Assembly (NCBI GenBank): GCA_963816395.1
Contig: CAWFKQ010000003.1
Location: 18,714-82,713, forward strand
Length of the DNA: 64,000 nt
Direction of reading: 5' to 3'
Origin: an uncultured delta proteobacterium
GTDB lineage: Bacteria; Desulfobacterota; Desulfuromonadia; Desulfuromonadales; JACZKF01
The stretch's first letter is position 1. The number at the start of each line of letters is the position of its first letter. Both the position numbers and the translations under genes were made by a program. Positions 1-10,446 of this stretch are shown one piece after another. The notes beneath the pieces were generated by a model. It was not told where the DNA came from and ran no database searches. It saw only the letters and a list, made by a program, of their open reading frames with translations.

Positions 1-884
1 GGCGTCTGAACCTTGCCATGCCAGGGACAAAATATGGATTTTTGGATGTCTGCTGGATCAGGAAATGTCAGATCAGTTTTATAGTCGGCCTTTTCAGTGT
101 CTGACGAATCAGAAAAAAGTGCCCCACGCCCCCCATCCCCCTTTTTTCCAGTGAAGAAATCACGATAGATTTCATGTCCAGCAGGTGTGCGCTGCCCTTT
201 TTCGTCAAAGCAGGATTTTAGCCGATTCAGGATATCAAGTATGACAACTATTCTCTGAGCCGCGGATAAAACAAAGGGATGCCCATTCAAAGGTGCGAAC
301 GCATTCGCAGAAAAGGTAAGAAGCGTAAAACGTGCTCGGGCCAAATCTGCTATCTGGCCCCATGAAACCAACGGAGCTGGTGCTGCCCGCAGAACGTCCT
401 CAAAAGTGCTAGGGTCCCAGTGATTATTCACATCTACGGAGTCCAAGGTACCAGTGTCCTTAAACAAGTCCACCCGAATTGGCGTGTATTCCCAATGTGA
501 GGGGGTAAGGCTCACGAGCCTATGCTCAAATCTGTTCAAACAATTCCAGGCCGCCTCAGCAACCGCAGAATCCGTAACAATGGCACCTTTACACTCAAAA
601 TAATCATCAGGGCTGTGCCTTCTTGCATCTTCCCAAAAAGGACCCTGTCTTGTAAGCCACTGCATTACAGATTGTCTTTGATCTCGATCGAAAGTTTGTA
701 TTGCTTGCTGCATACACATATCTCGTGTCACATGTGCATGGGCAATGTTTCGATGGCAATAGACTTCCCGACCGTATCGTAGTGCCAGCATACGCATGCC
801 CATAATGCGACTGATGGCATCGTTGAAGGTTGTTACATCAGGAAATTGTCCGGCTATGGAGAGATCATTAACAAAAAATTCCAC
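1..884 (-). CDS. Uncharacterised protein at the third (NsnC/effector) position of a Menshen-like cassette; 3' end runs off the window
   Basis: Hand-translated open frame from GTG at 884 (VEFFVNDLSIAGQFPD...WLTRQGPFWED...LFSDSSDTEKADYKTDLTFPDP...IFCPWHGKVQT), about 294 codons with no stop. It starts immediately after the ATPase stop. Absent from the ORF track because it has no stop in the window. Confidence 0.75.
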   Translation of the reverse strand, partial: MEFFVNDLSIAGQFPDVTTFNDAISRIMGMRMLALRYGREVYCHRNIAHAHVTRDMCMQQAIQTFDRDQRQSVMQWLTRQGPFWEDARRHSPDDYFECKGAIVTDSAVAEAAWNCLNRFEHRLVSLTPSHWEYTPIRVDLFKDTGTLDSVDVNNHWDPSTFEDVLRAAPAPLVSWGQIADLARARFTLLTFSANAFAPLNGHPFVLSAAQRIVVILDILNRLKSCFDEKGQRTPAGHEIYRDFFTGKKGDGGRGALFSDSSDTEKADYKTDLTFPDPADIQKSIFCPWHGKVQT

Positions 885-885
885 T

Positions 886-2022
886 TCATTCCCCCCACCC
901 AGCGAAGTGGCTCGTATCCTTATCAAATTGATCAAAAAAACCCTCCGGCCAAACATCTATATTACCAGAGCTATCATTTGGGGACTCAGTACTTGCGCTG
1001 CTTCATCCGTCCGAGGTCGGAAGAAATGAATTGCTACTTGATCTGAGTTTAACCGACTCCCTTTGATCGCCCTTCGAATCCCATTGAGAACATGGTCACT
1101 ATGGGTCTCCAACATAACTTGGACGCCAGATCGTGCGACCGCCGCGAGGAACTGCCCCATAAGCGACTGCCCTCCAGGATGGAGATGAACCTCTGGATTT
1201 TCGATTAAGAGAATGTCTCCCTCTGTTGCAGAAATAGCTGCGACTACAATTGGCAAAACTGGGTGAGGCCGAATCCTACGTGAATGGGCCGATGGAAGTC
1301 TGTATCTGCAGATGTGCGCAATCCTAAAGTTACTGCGTTTGCTTGCCGAACCTGTTGCACAACCAATCCACAGCCTGGGAAAAACATGCGCATAATCTCT
1401 TCAACTTGTCGGAGCCTTGTAGGTGGCACCCCCTGAAGTATCAGACCCCTGAGGGCTTGTTCATCCCTTCCCCAGTGCAGGACACTCACAGCATGCTCGC
1501 CGGCGGGTCCGACAACAGAAGCAATCTGCCGGTCTTCAAGGGGGTAAACCTCACGTGGGCATACTCGTTGAGCGGTTATGTAAGTCATTCTTCTCAGACG
1601 GACCGCAACGAGTCAGCCGAATCATCAAAATCAGGTGGAAGCAAATATCTTAATGACTGTGGATTATCACAATATTTGCCATTTAGGCCTACGCGTTCCA
1701 CCGCCATCGACATCTCTGTTCTTTCCCCTGAGAAAGTCCAATCAAAGCTTGTCCCATCATCAACGATCCCAATCTCAAAGCTCCGCATTCCATGTACTTT
1801 GTCGACTAGATCAGTCACAGTTCATAGGCGGATCGAGTCACCATTTAACATAAGCCGAGTAGACCACTCATGATCGCACATAGTCTGATGAAGAAGAACT
1901 AGTGCCTGAAGAACTGATGACTTACCCGATGCATTGGAGCCAGAGAGTAAAGTCAGCGGCGCTAGAGGCAATTTTAACCCTTCAAAACACTTAAAAAATT
2001 TTATGTTAATTTGAGTGAGCAT
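886..2022 (-). CDS. AAA/ABC-type ATPase with C-terminal DUF3696 (NsnB-like); several frameshifts
   Basis: Fragments: FKCF...LSGSNASGKSS (Walker A), GFGLTQ signature, LLIENPEVHLHP (Walker B), ETHSDH, and a C-terminal GNIDVWPEGFFDQ DUF3696-type motif ending at TGA 886-888. Confidence 0.85.
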
Positions 2023-3109
2023 CAAAAACCTCCTGAAACATTTTGTCCGCCAAAGCAAATCTTTCCCTGACCCGTTTCATGTCATTTGGCCCGTAGGTAA
2101 TGGCCCTCGTAAAGGTCTCATCAGAAATTAAATGGAAAAATCCGGCCTTGATAGCATCTGTTCGAGCTTCAACGATACTTTCTTGATAGTGGAAAGTCCT
2201 GTTGACATGACATCCCAAAGGGAAGCATTGAGGACACTTCGATATTCTTGAAACTTAGTGTGTTTTCTAAAGGCGTGTGCACCAAATATTCTATAGTTAT
2301 TCACAAGATTGATTCGAAACTGTGCTGATAGCTTTTTGAAATCTTCAAGCTGGAGTGAGTTCATTTTTTTTAGACCAAGAGCAAGAAATTCATCCATGTC
2401 CCCCCTATATGCACTAAGAGGTAACAGTTGAAACGAACAAAACCTGTTGACAAACTCGCGATCTCTCATCGTCGATTTGTTCAAACTATTCCCTGTAGCC
2501 TTCAGAAAGAGATCAGTGTTGGCTTCCATTTTAAGAAACCGTGTTGCTGGCCCGGTATAAAGGGAGTTGCGCATTTGCTGCCTTGTAAGTGGAACGCCAC
2601 TGTTGACTCGCTCAAATATGTCAAGTCGCGCTCGCTCAGGGACTTTGGCATCTATGATGTAAAGAATTAGATTACAATCCTCAAGGCGGTTTTGAAGCTT
2701 CGGAGAAATTTCTTGAAAACGTTTCAGATTCAATTCAGCCTGATCTGGGAGTTTTAGGCGAAGATCATTATTTACAAAACGTTGGAATGAAGATAATCGT
2801 TGTAGTCCGTCCACTACTATCATTCGTCCTTCTTCATCTTCTGCGAGATAGAACACAGGAAGTGGGATGCGCATTAGAACAGATTCAATAAGTTTACTCT
2901 GTTTATCCTCTGGCCAAATGAATTCTCGCTGGAACTCGGGATCCATAATGAACGATCCCTTTTCTATTCTCCTTAGGACATCGTGAACCGTGCGATTCTC
3001 ATTTCGAATCAATAGGGTATCGATTGGATAATCACCCCAAGCAGCATCCTCATCTTCGCCAAGGCCTTCGATTTCTTCCAAATTTTCGTTAACCAGATTG
3101 GAGGTTCAT
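2006..3109 (-). CDS. DUF262 (GmrSD/ParB-like) domain protein (NsnA-like); frameshifted
   Basis: PEFQREFIW, SKLIES, VVDGLQRL, IFERVNSG motifs. C-terminus continues in ORF 2006-2218. ATG at 3109 follows a GAGG RBS. Confidence 0.88.
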
Positions 3110-3252
3110 AGGACCTCACTTTTACGGCTATAATTAAAAACTGTATACAAAACCAGATACGTCTTTAGAGATCTTGTCCCAAAAATTCTCATTCAAAAGG
3201 TAATTGGGAATAAAGATACCATGTTTATATCGTTTTTGATGGCTAAGTTCGC

Positions 3253-4551
3253 TCATAACATGCCGATAAGGATGACTTGAAGCGTATAACCATTATCTTG
3301 CTGGCGAGAGGAGGTCGTGCATGAGGCCTTGTTTTTGTTGGTGGAGACTTTCAGCGAGAGTCTGCTCCAACGCGACCTTTGCCGAAACAGTGGCGATTCT
3401 TTCAATGATTGCGTTTTGCTCAGGCATTTCCGGCAGGACAACCAGGAGATCACGCAATTCTCCGACATTAAAGTGTTGCTGGGCCAAGCCGCCTTGTTTG
3501 CGTAGGACCTGGTCTTTGCCAAAAGAGGAGTTGATCCAATTTGCCAGGAATTACGGGAGCACCGAGGAAGAAGGTCGTGAAATGAGCACGTCGACGCAGT
3601 TCGCCCGCAAACTCTTCCGGGACCACTGCGCTTGTCCCCGGGTACCCTGTTCTAACTGATATGACATCGCCAGCCTGAACTTGGCTCTTGGCAAGCAGAA
3701 CATTTGATTGCGGAGAGATAATATGAGGTCTGAGGCATCTATTCCCTAGTCTCCCGGATATTGGCGGAGCGAAATGCCGGGATCCTTCGTACGACGTAGA
3801 TACTGTGTTGGCCTGACGATATGCCGTACGGTGATTTTTTCGCAAGTGCCGAGCATGGCTTAACCTCCCACTCCTTCGGAATCCACCCAAGCGGCGATTC
3901 CTTGTAAAGCTCAGGCGCCTGCTCGCGGGTGGGGCGAAGCCGGCCATCGGGGGTGACCCCGCGGGTGAAAAGGTCGTGCATCAGCCCCGCCTTGACCTGC
4001 TGCATCTTCGCAATCAGCGCCTCCGTCTGCTCAATCGCTTCGTCCAGCGTCGAAAGGATTTCGGCGATGCGGCGCTGCTGGGGAGGGGGCGACGTACGGG
4101 ATAAGAAATCAGATCATGATGCGCTGTTGCCGATGAGGCTGGCCTGATCGCAGCTTTGTACAGGTGCTCGCGGCCTGCCGCATTCCGGTGAAATGAAGCC
4201 TTGTCATGTCTGCGCCTGCAGGCAGACGATAAACTGTGTCATCTCCTGGCTGATTGCGATGTCACACTGGACAAGGCGAGTCTTCGAACGCCAGGCGGGT
4301 ATACCAATCATGCAGTTGGACGGCCAAGAGAACCACATATTCCCGTCACCAAATCGCCAGGTTCATCCTGACACTGACTTCGCCAAAGGGAAAGATCACT
4401 GATCCGGCACGGATGTAATCGTCAGGCCCGCGTTACACCGGAAATTGACCCAGCCGACTTCTCCGAAGTATCTGGGATCGACCGTCGGTCGGAGGAGGCT
4501 CGCAATTGCGCATATCGGCAATAGCGTCGAAAGCGACTGCCACTCACTCAT
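3253..4551 (-). CDS. hsdS: Type I restriction-modification specificity subunit; heavily frameshifted
   Basis: Conserved linker K.QQVKAGLMHDLFTRG...YKESPLGWIPKEWEV and a second KQGLMHDLL helix. ATG at 4551 overlaps the hsdM stop. Confidence 0.85.
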
Positions 4552-7167
4552 ACCCCAACTCCACCAAAAACCCCTTCAACCTCGCCGCCGCCGCATCCCG
4601 CCGGGCCTCGATCTCCTTGGCCGTCACGGCATATTTCCGATGCAGATTCTCCAGCGCCGCCAGACACGCCCGCTGGTCGGCCCGCAGATACCCCTCGTAG
4701 GTCTGCACCAGCAGCCGGTGCAGGCGATCGAGGATGACCCGCCGGGCCTCGTCGCGGTCGATCTTCTCCCGGGCGGCGGCAACCAGCTCCTCCTGCTTCT
4801 TCTCCGTCGCCCGCAGCTCCGCCTTCAACTGCTTCGCCTCATCCTCCAGCGCCTTGTGCCGCTCCAGCCGCGCCTCGGCCGCCTCGGCCCGGGCGAGAAA
4901 CTCTTTCGCGCTCCTCCCCTCCCGCTTCGCCAGCTTCGCCTGCGCCTTGGCCTCCTTCAGCTCGGCCTTGAGCGCCTTGACCTCCTCGGCGGGAAGCACC
5001 CCGGTGTCGTCGCTGTCCTCGTAATCCTCCTCATCGGCCGCGGCGAACAGGGCCGAGAGCTCGGCCAGCCGCAGGCGCTTCTGCTCGTTCTCGGCCAGCA
5101 GCTCCGGGAACTGGCTCTCCAGAATGTCGGCATCGGGGATCAGCTCCGCCCCCCAGCCGCTGGCGGCGATCGACTTGAGGTCGGCCTTCAGGTCCTCCAC
5201 GTAGCGGGCGAAGGCGCCGCGGATCTGGTACTCGTTCAGCAGGTCCTGCCCGGCGAAGGCCTCGGTGATGGTGGCGAGCAGCCGCCGGCGCAGCTCGTAG
5301 ACGTTCCCCTTCTTGCCGTTGGTGGCGGCGAGGTCCTGGACCAGCGGCAGGTTCTCCTGCCACCAGCTTTCCAGCGTCTGCAGAAAGCGGCTCTGCGCCG
5401 TCGCCACGCCGGGTCGGTCTTGACCAGTTCGGCCAGGGCGCGGCGGTCGGTGACGGCGGGGGTGAAGTCGGCGTATTGCTCCCCTCACCCCGGCCCTCTC
5501 CCGGAGAAGCAGCCCCTCTCCCCAGCCCTCTCCCACAAAGGGGAGAGGGGGCAAAACCTTCCCGGGGGAGTGTAGAGTAGGTGGCCGCCTGCTCGTGGAC
5601 CGTTCCGACCGATCGGTCCGATCCGACGGATCGGTCGGATGAACCCGTCCGATGACAAAACACCCGCTCCCGCAGGCCGGGGTAGTTCGTCCAGTAGCGG
5701 GCCAGCGCCTCGATCTCCGCCACCGGCACGCCGCCGTGCAGGTGGGCGCGGACGTCGTGGGGCTCGGGGGGCGGGGCGTTGTCGACGTAGCGGCGGATGT
5801 TGCAGTTGAAGTCCTCGGCGGCGATCTCACTCACCGGCACCCGGCGGGCGTAGCCGGGGACGTCCTTCCGCTCGCGGTAGACGTGGGCGATCTTGGCGAT
5901 GTCCTCGGGGCGCAGGAAGTTCTGCGCCTTCCCCTCGCGGTATTCGCGGTCGGCGTTGATGAAGAAGACGTGGTCGCGGCTGGCAGCGTCCTTCTTGTTC
6001 ATCACCAGCACGCAGGCGGGAATGCCGGTGCCGTAGAAGAGCCCGGCGGGGAGGCCGATGATCGCCTCCAGCCAGCCGCGCTCGATGAAGTACCGGCGCG
6101 CCTCCTTCTCCTCGCCGCCGCGGAAGAGGACGCCGTGCGGCATGACGGTGGCCATCCTGCCGTCGGCCTTGAGCACCGCCAGCATGTGCTGGACGAACAT
6201 CAGGTCGGCCTTCTTCCCCTTCTCCGGCAGCCAGACGGCAAAGCGGCCGGGGTAGTCGATGTCCTTCTTGATGTAGTTCTGCGAAAAGGGGGGATTGGCG
6301 AGCACCCGGTCGTAGCGCGCCAGTTCGCCCCCCTCGGCCCGGTGCTGCGGCCGGCGCAGGGTGTCCTCCTGGCGGATGTCGGCGTGCTCGATGCCGTGCA
6401 GGAGCATGTTCATCTTGCAGATCGACCAGGTGGTGCCGATGCTCTCCTGCCCGGCAAGCGTCAGGTCGCGCGGATCGCCGCCGCACTCGCGGACGTAGTC
6501 GCGGGTCTGGATGAGCATGCCGCCCGAGCCGCAGGTGGGGTCGTAGACGCTCATCCCCGGCTGCGGATCGACGATCTCCACCAGGGTGCGCACCACGTCG
6601 GCCGGGGTGTAGAACTCCCCGGCCTTCTTGCCGGCGGAATCGGCGAAGTACTTGATCAGGTATTCGTAGGCCGCGCCGAGCAGGTCGGGGAACTCGAAGT
6701 TCTCGTCGCGCAGCGGGATCTTCTCGAAGTTCTGGATGAAGTTGGCGAGGGTGTCGTCGTCGAGGGAGCGCTGGCCGATCTTCTTGTTGAAGTTGATCCC
6801 CTTGAGCACGTCCTGCAGCGCATCGACGTTGGCGTCCTCCAGCGCCTCCAGCGCCTTGTTCAGGGCGGTGCCGACGTTGGTCTTCAGGTGGCGGATCGTG
6901 TTCCAGTGCGCCTCCTCCGGGACGAAGAAGGTGTACTTGTCCGGGTTGGCGAGCTGCCCGGCGATGACCGCCTCCGCCATCCCCTTCGCCCTGCAGATCC
7001 TTGGCCAGCTGCTCCCGCTCCTGATCGAACAGGTCGGAGAGCCGCTTCAGGAAGAGCATGCCGAAGATGTATTCCTTGTATTCGGAGGCATCCATGTTGC
7101 CGCGCAGATCGTCGCAGGCGCGGAAGAGGAGGCTGGAGAGCTGGCTTAAAGTGAGCTTTGGAGACAT
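4544..7167 (-). CDS. hsdM: Type I R-M N6-adenine methyltransferase with long C-terminal extension; frameshifts; internal repeat insertion
   Basis: [58 protein letters not shown] motifs. Confidence 0.95.
5481..5550. repeat. REP/RPE-like palindromic element (CCCTCTCCC...GGGAGAGGG), one full and one partial copy, inside hsdM
   Basis: cccctcaccccggccctctcccggaga (5481) and cccctctccccagccctctcccacaaaggggagagggg (5513-5550). Confidence 0.75.
5604..5640. repeat. GATCSGWCN nonamer array (copy 1, inside hsdM)
   Basis: gatcggtcc gatccgacg gatcggtcg, framed by an 11-bp inverted repeat tccgaccgatc/gatcggtcgga. Confidence 0.8.
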
Positions 7168-7311
7168 TGATCATTCCTGATTAAATTCACGCATGAAAAC
7201 AAGGGAAATGCCAAGCATTGTGGCATTTTAATCGCCGGCTGGCAAAAAGATTCTGCCCTATCGCAGCCCAACATGTGCCTGCACACCCGAAGACAATGAA
7301 AACCAGGAATT

Positions 7312-7416
7312 TAACGCCAAGGCGCAAGGGGAAATGAAAGTCGCAAAGGGTGTAAAGCGAAACAGTCTTACGGATTTTCTCTGCGCCTTGGTTCTCAGCC
7401 TTGCGTCTTTGCGTTA
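7312..7416. repeat. Intergenic palindromic element with CGCAAAG-like units
   Basis: taacgccaaggcgcaagg ... ccttgcgtctttgcgtta, an 18-nt imperfect inverted repeat. Confidence 0.65.
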
Positions 7417-7594
7417 TCCCTTTTTTTCAGGGGTTAAAACCGAACTTTTCAGGACAGAGACAAGCGAAGGGGCGCCGGCGGTAAATCTCTTGTGTCACGC
7501 CCATGGAGCCGTGAATCTTCATGCCTGGATGGAGGTTTCCGCTCGGAAAGTCGGCTTTTGCGGTATCCTTTTAGAAAAACACGAGAGGTGTCGC

Positions 7595-8107
7595 ATGCCT
7601 GAGGAACAGACGAACCCGGACGAGAAACCGCGCATACGGGAGATGTCCATCGATGATCTGTCAGAGGTCTTTCATATCGGCGAGGAGATCTTTACCTCCG
7701 AGTATTCCCCGAGCCTGTACCGCACCTGGGACGAATACGAAATCACCACCCTGTTCAATTCCGACAGCGAGCTCTGCCTGGTGGCGGAAAGCGCCGGCGC
7801 CCTCGTCGGTTTCGCCTTGGGGACGACGGTGGAGAAGCACCATTCCGCCTGGAAATACGGCTACCTGGTCTGGCTCGGGGTGCGCACGGGGGTGCAGAAG
7901 GGGCGCGTCGGCGAACGGCTGTTCCGGGAGATCCGCCGGCGCATGCGGGAGCAGGGGGTGCGGATCATCATCATCGACACCGATGCCGAAAATGAGGCGG
8001 CGATCCGCTTCTTCCGCAAGATGGGGTTCGGCAATGTGCAGCAGCACGTCTACATGACGCTCAACCTGGCCAGGAAAAGGAAGAAAGCGGGAGAAAAGAA
8101 GGGATGA
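7595..8107 (+). CDS. GNAT family N-acetyltransferase
   Basis: IREMSIDDL, LGVRTGVQKGRVG acetyl-CoA motif, N..AIRFFRKMGF. ATG at 7595 follows a GAGG RBS. Confidence 0.85.
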   Translation: MPEEQTNPDEKPRIREMSIDDLSEVFHIGEEIFTSEYSPSLYRTWDEYEITTLFNSDSELCLVAESAGALVGFALGTTVEKHHSAWKYGYLVWLGVRTGVQKGRVGERLFREIRRRMREQGVRIIIIDTDAENEAAIRFFRKMGFGNVQQHVYMTLNLARKRKKAGEKKG

Positions 8108-9243
8108 ATGCGGTTCTCGAGGAGGTTTGGCGGGGAATCGATCCGCACCGCCTGCGGCAGCTGCTGCTGGAGCTGATGGAGATCTATTCCCCCAGCGGCA
8201 AGGAGGAGGATGCGCAGATTTTCATCGAGGAGTTCTGCGCCCGCCAGGGTCTGACCGCCGAGCGCCAGCCGGTGGAGGATGACCGCTACAACCTGCGGTT
8301 CACCCTGGGGGAGGAAGAGCCGACGTTGTACCTGGTGGGGCATGTCGACACGGTTGGCGCCTGGGATCTGGAGGAATACGGGCCGCGGGAGGAGGGGGAT
8401 ATCATTCGCGGCCTGGGCAGCGCCGATATGAAGGGGGGGTGCGCCGCCATGCTGGAGGCCTTCCTCGCCCTGACTGCCCTGCCGGCCGGCCGCCGGCCGC
8501 CGGTGGGTCTGCTGCTGGCGGTGGGGGAAGAGGAGAACGGCGACGGCAGCGCCGCCTTTCTGCACCGTCACCGACCCCCCTGGGTGGTGATCGGGGAGCC
8601 GACCGGCCTGACCGCCTGCTTCTCCCACTACGGCTACCTGGAGGCGGCCCTGGTCGCCCGCGGCCGGCGCATCCACTCCTCCCTGCCCGAGCTGGGGCAC
8701 AACGCGGTGGAGTCGATGCTGCGGGTCCTGCTGCACCTGGGCCGGGATCCCCTCTTCGACCGGGAGCAGTCCGGGATCGTCTACTCCATCCGGGAGATGA
8801 GCTCGGCGCGCGCCGGCTTCGTCGTTCCCGACCGCTGCGAGACCCGCATCGATCTGCACCTGCCGCCGGAAATGGAGCCGGAGACGGTGATGGCGGCGAT
8901 CCGCCGGCGCGCCGGCCTGGCCGGCGAGTTCATCCCCGGGCTCGATCTGGAGGTCGATTTCGATTTCGCCGCCCGCGGCTATCAGCTGGGCATCGACAGT
9001 CCGCCGGCAGCGGTCCTGAAGGAGATTTACGACCGCCTCGGCTTGTCGCTGCGCTGCGAGCCCTTCCGCTCCCATTCCGATGGCAATCTCTTCTTCGAGG
9101 CCGGGGTGCGCCCCCTGATCCTCGGCCCCGGCCTGCTGGAGGTGGCGCACACCCCGGACGAGCAGACCAGCTTCGCCGAGGTCCTGGCGGCGGCGAAGAT
9201 CTATGCGGCGTTGGCGGTTGAATTCAGGCTGGCGAGCGGCTAG
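8104..9243 (+). CDS. M20/ArgE-DapE family metallo-deacylase
   Basis: SPSGKE, GHVDTV, GLGSADMKGG, GEEE, VIGEPT, AHTPDE motifs. Confidence 0.9.
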   Translation: MNAVLEEVWRGIDPHRLRQLLLELMEIYSPSGKEEDAQIFIEEFCARQGLTAERQPVEDDRYNLRFTLGEEEPTLYLVGHVDTVGAWDLEEYGPREEGDIIRGLGSADMKGGCAAMLEAFLALTALPAGRRPPVGLLLAVGEEENGDGSAAFLHRHRPPWVVIGEPTGLTACFSHYGYLEAALVARGRRIHSSLPELGHNAVESMLRVLLHLGRDPLFDREQSGIVYSIREMSSARAGFVVPDRCETRIDLHLPPEMEPETVMAAIRRRAGLAGEFIPGLDLEVDFDFAARGYQLGIDSPPAAVLKEIYDRLGLSLRCEPFRSHSDGNLFFEAGVRPLILGPGLLEVAHTPDEQTSFAEVLAAAKIYAALAVEFRLASG

Positions 9244-9255
9244 CGGTTAACTTCA

Positions 9256-9372
9256 GGCTAGAGGCAAGAGGCTAGCGGCAAGCGGTGAAAGACCAAGGCT
9301 GAATAAAAAAGCGACCTCCGAAAAAGGTCGCTTTTGCTTTTCCTCTAGCCTCTAGCCGCTGGCCGCTAGCCT
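9256..9372. repeat. Inverted pair of GGCWAGV heptamer arrays flanking a terminator
   Basis: ggctaga ggcaaga ggctagc ggcaagc (9256-9283) and tctagcc tctagcc gctggcc gctagcc (about 9344-9371). Confidence 0.75.
9305..9334. terminator. Bidirectional intrinsic terminator between convergent genes
   Basis: aaaaaagcgacct-ccgaaaa-aggtcgctttt. Confidence 0.8.
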
Positions 9373-9376
9373 GCCT

Positions 9377-10376
9377 TTATCCTTCCATCTCGATCAGCGA
9401 ATGGTCGCCGATGTTCATCCGGCGCGGCGGGGCGATCAGCCGCACGGAATCCCCCAGCAGGCTCGATGCGAGCACCATGTTGCGCACTTCGCTGTCGGCG
9501 TTGATGATCGAATCCTTGATGATGCTCGCCTCGATGATGCTGCCGGCGGCCACCGAGACGTTGGGACCGAGGATGCTGTTGCGCACCACCGCCCCTTCGC
9601 CGATGTGCACCGGGTCGATCAGCACCGAATCGACCACCTCGCCGTGGCAGTGATTGCGCCCCCGCAGCAGGTAGCGGTTGGTCTCCAGCAGCGTCTCGGG
9701 CTTGCCGCAGTCGAGCCAGGCATCGATTTCCGGCGCCCGGAATTTCATGCCGTCTGCGGATCATGCGCATGAACACCGCCGGCAGGTAGTATTCCCCCTT
9801 GACCGTCTCCCCGGCGGCGATCGTCTCGCTCGATGCACTCCATGAAGCGGCGCGCCGTCCTTGAGGTAGTACAGACCCACCTGGGCCAGGCGCGATACCG
9901 GCTCGCGCGGCTTTTCCACCATGTCGACGATGAAGCCGTCGCGCAGCACGTTCACCCCGAAGCGCTGGTAATCCGCCACCTCCTTGGAATAGATGAGGCC
10001 GTCGCAGTCGGCGGTCAGCCGGGAAACGGCGGTCAGATCGGTGACGAAGATGGTATCGTTGAAGACCACCAGCACGTCGTCTCCGCGGCCGATGCGGGGG
10101 GCCGCCAGAGAGACCGCGTGGGCCGGGCCGAGGCGCTCCTTCTGGACGATATAGGTGCAGTGCAGGGCGGGAAACTTGCGGTCCATGAACTCTCTCGATC
10201 TGGCCGCCGTTCTCATCGGTGATGAAGATGTATTCGGTGGCCGCCAGCGGCTGCAGGCGGCTGATGATGTGCTCAAGGACCGTTTTCCCGGCGACGCTGA
10301 CCAGCGATTTGGCCCGGGTATGGGTGTGCGGACGCAGGCGGGTGCCCTTCCCCGCGACCGGCAGAATGATTTTCAT
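9377..10376 (-). CDS. Sugar-phosphate nucleotidyltransferase (NTP_transferase plus left-handed beta-helix); frameshifted
   Basis: MKIILPVAGKGTRLRPHT, QKERLGPAHAV, MVEKP, WLDCGKPETLL, hexapeptide repeats. Confidence 0.88.
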
Positions 10377-10446
10377 CGGTGATCTCTTCCCCCTTTTCCC
10401 GTTTGATTGAAGATCGATGCTTATCACCACGAAAGCTTTCAGTATA

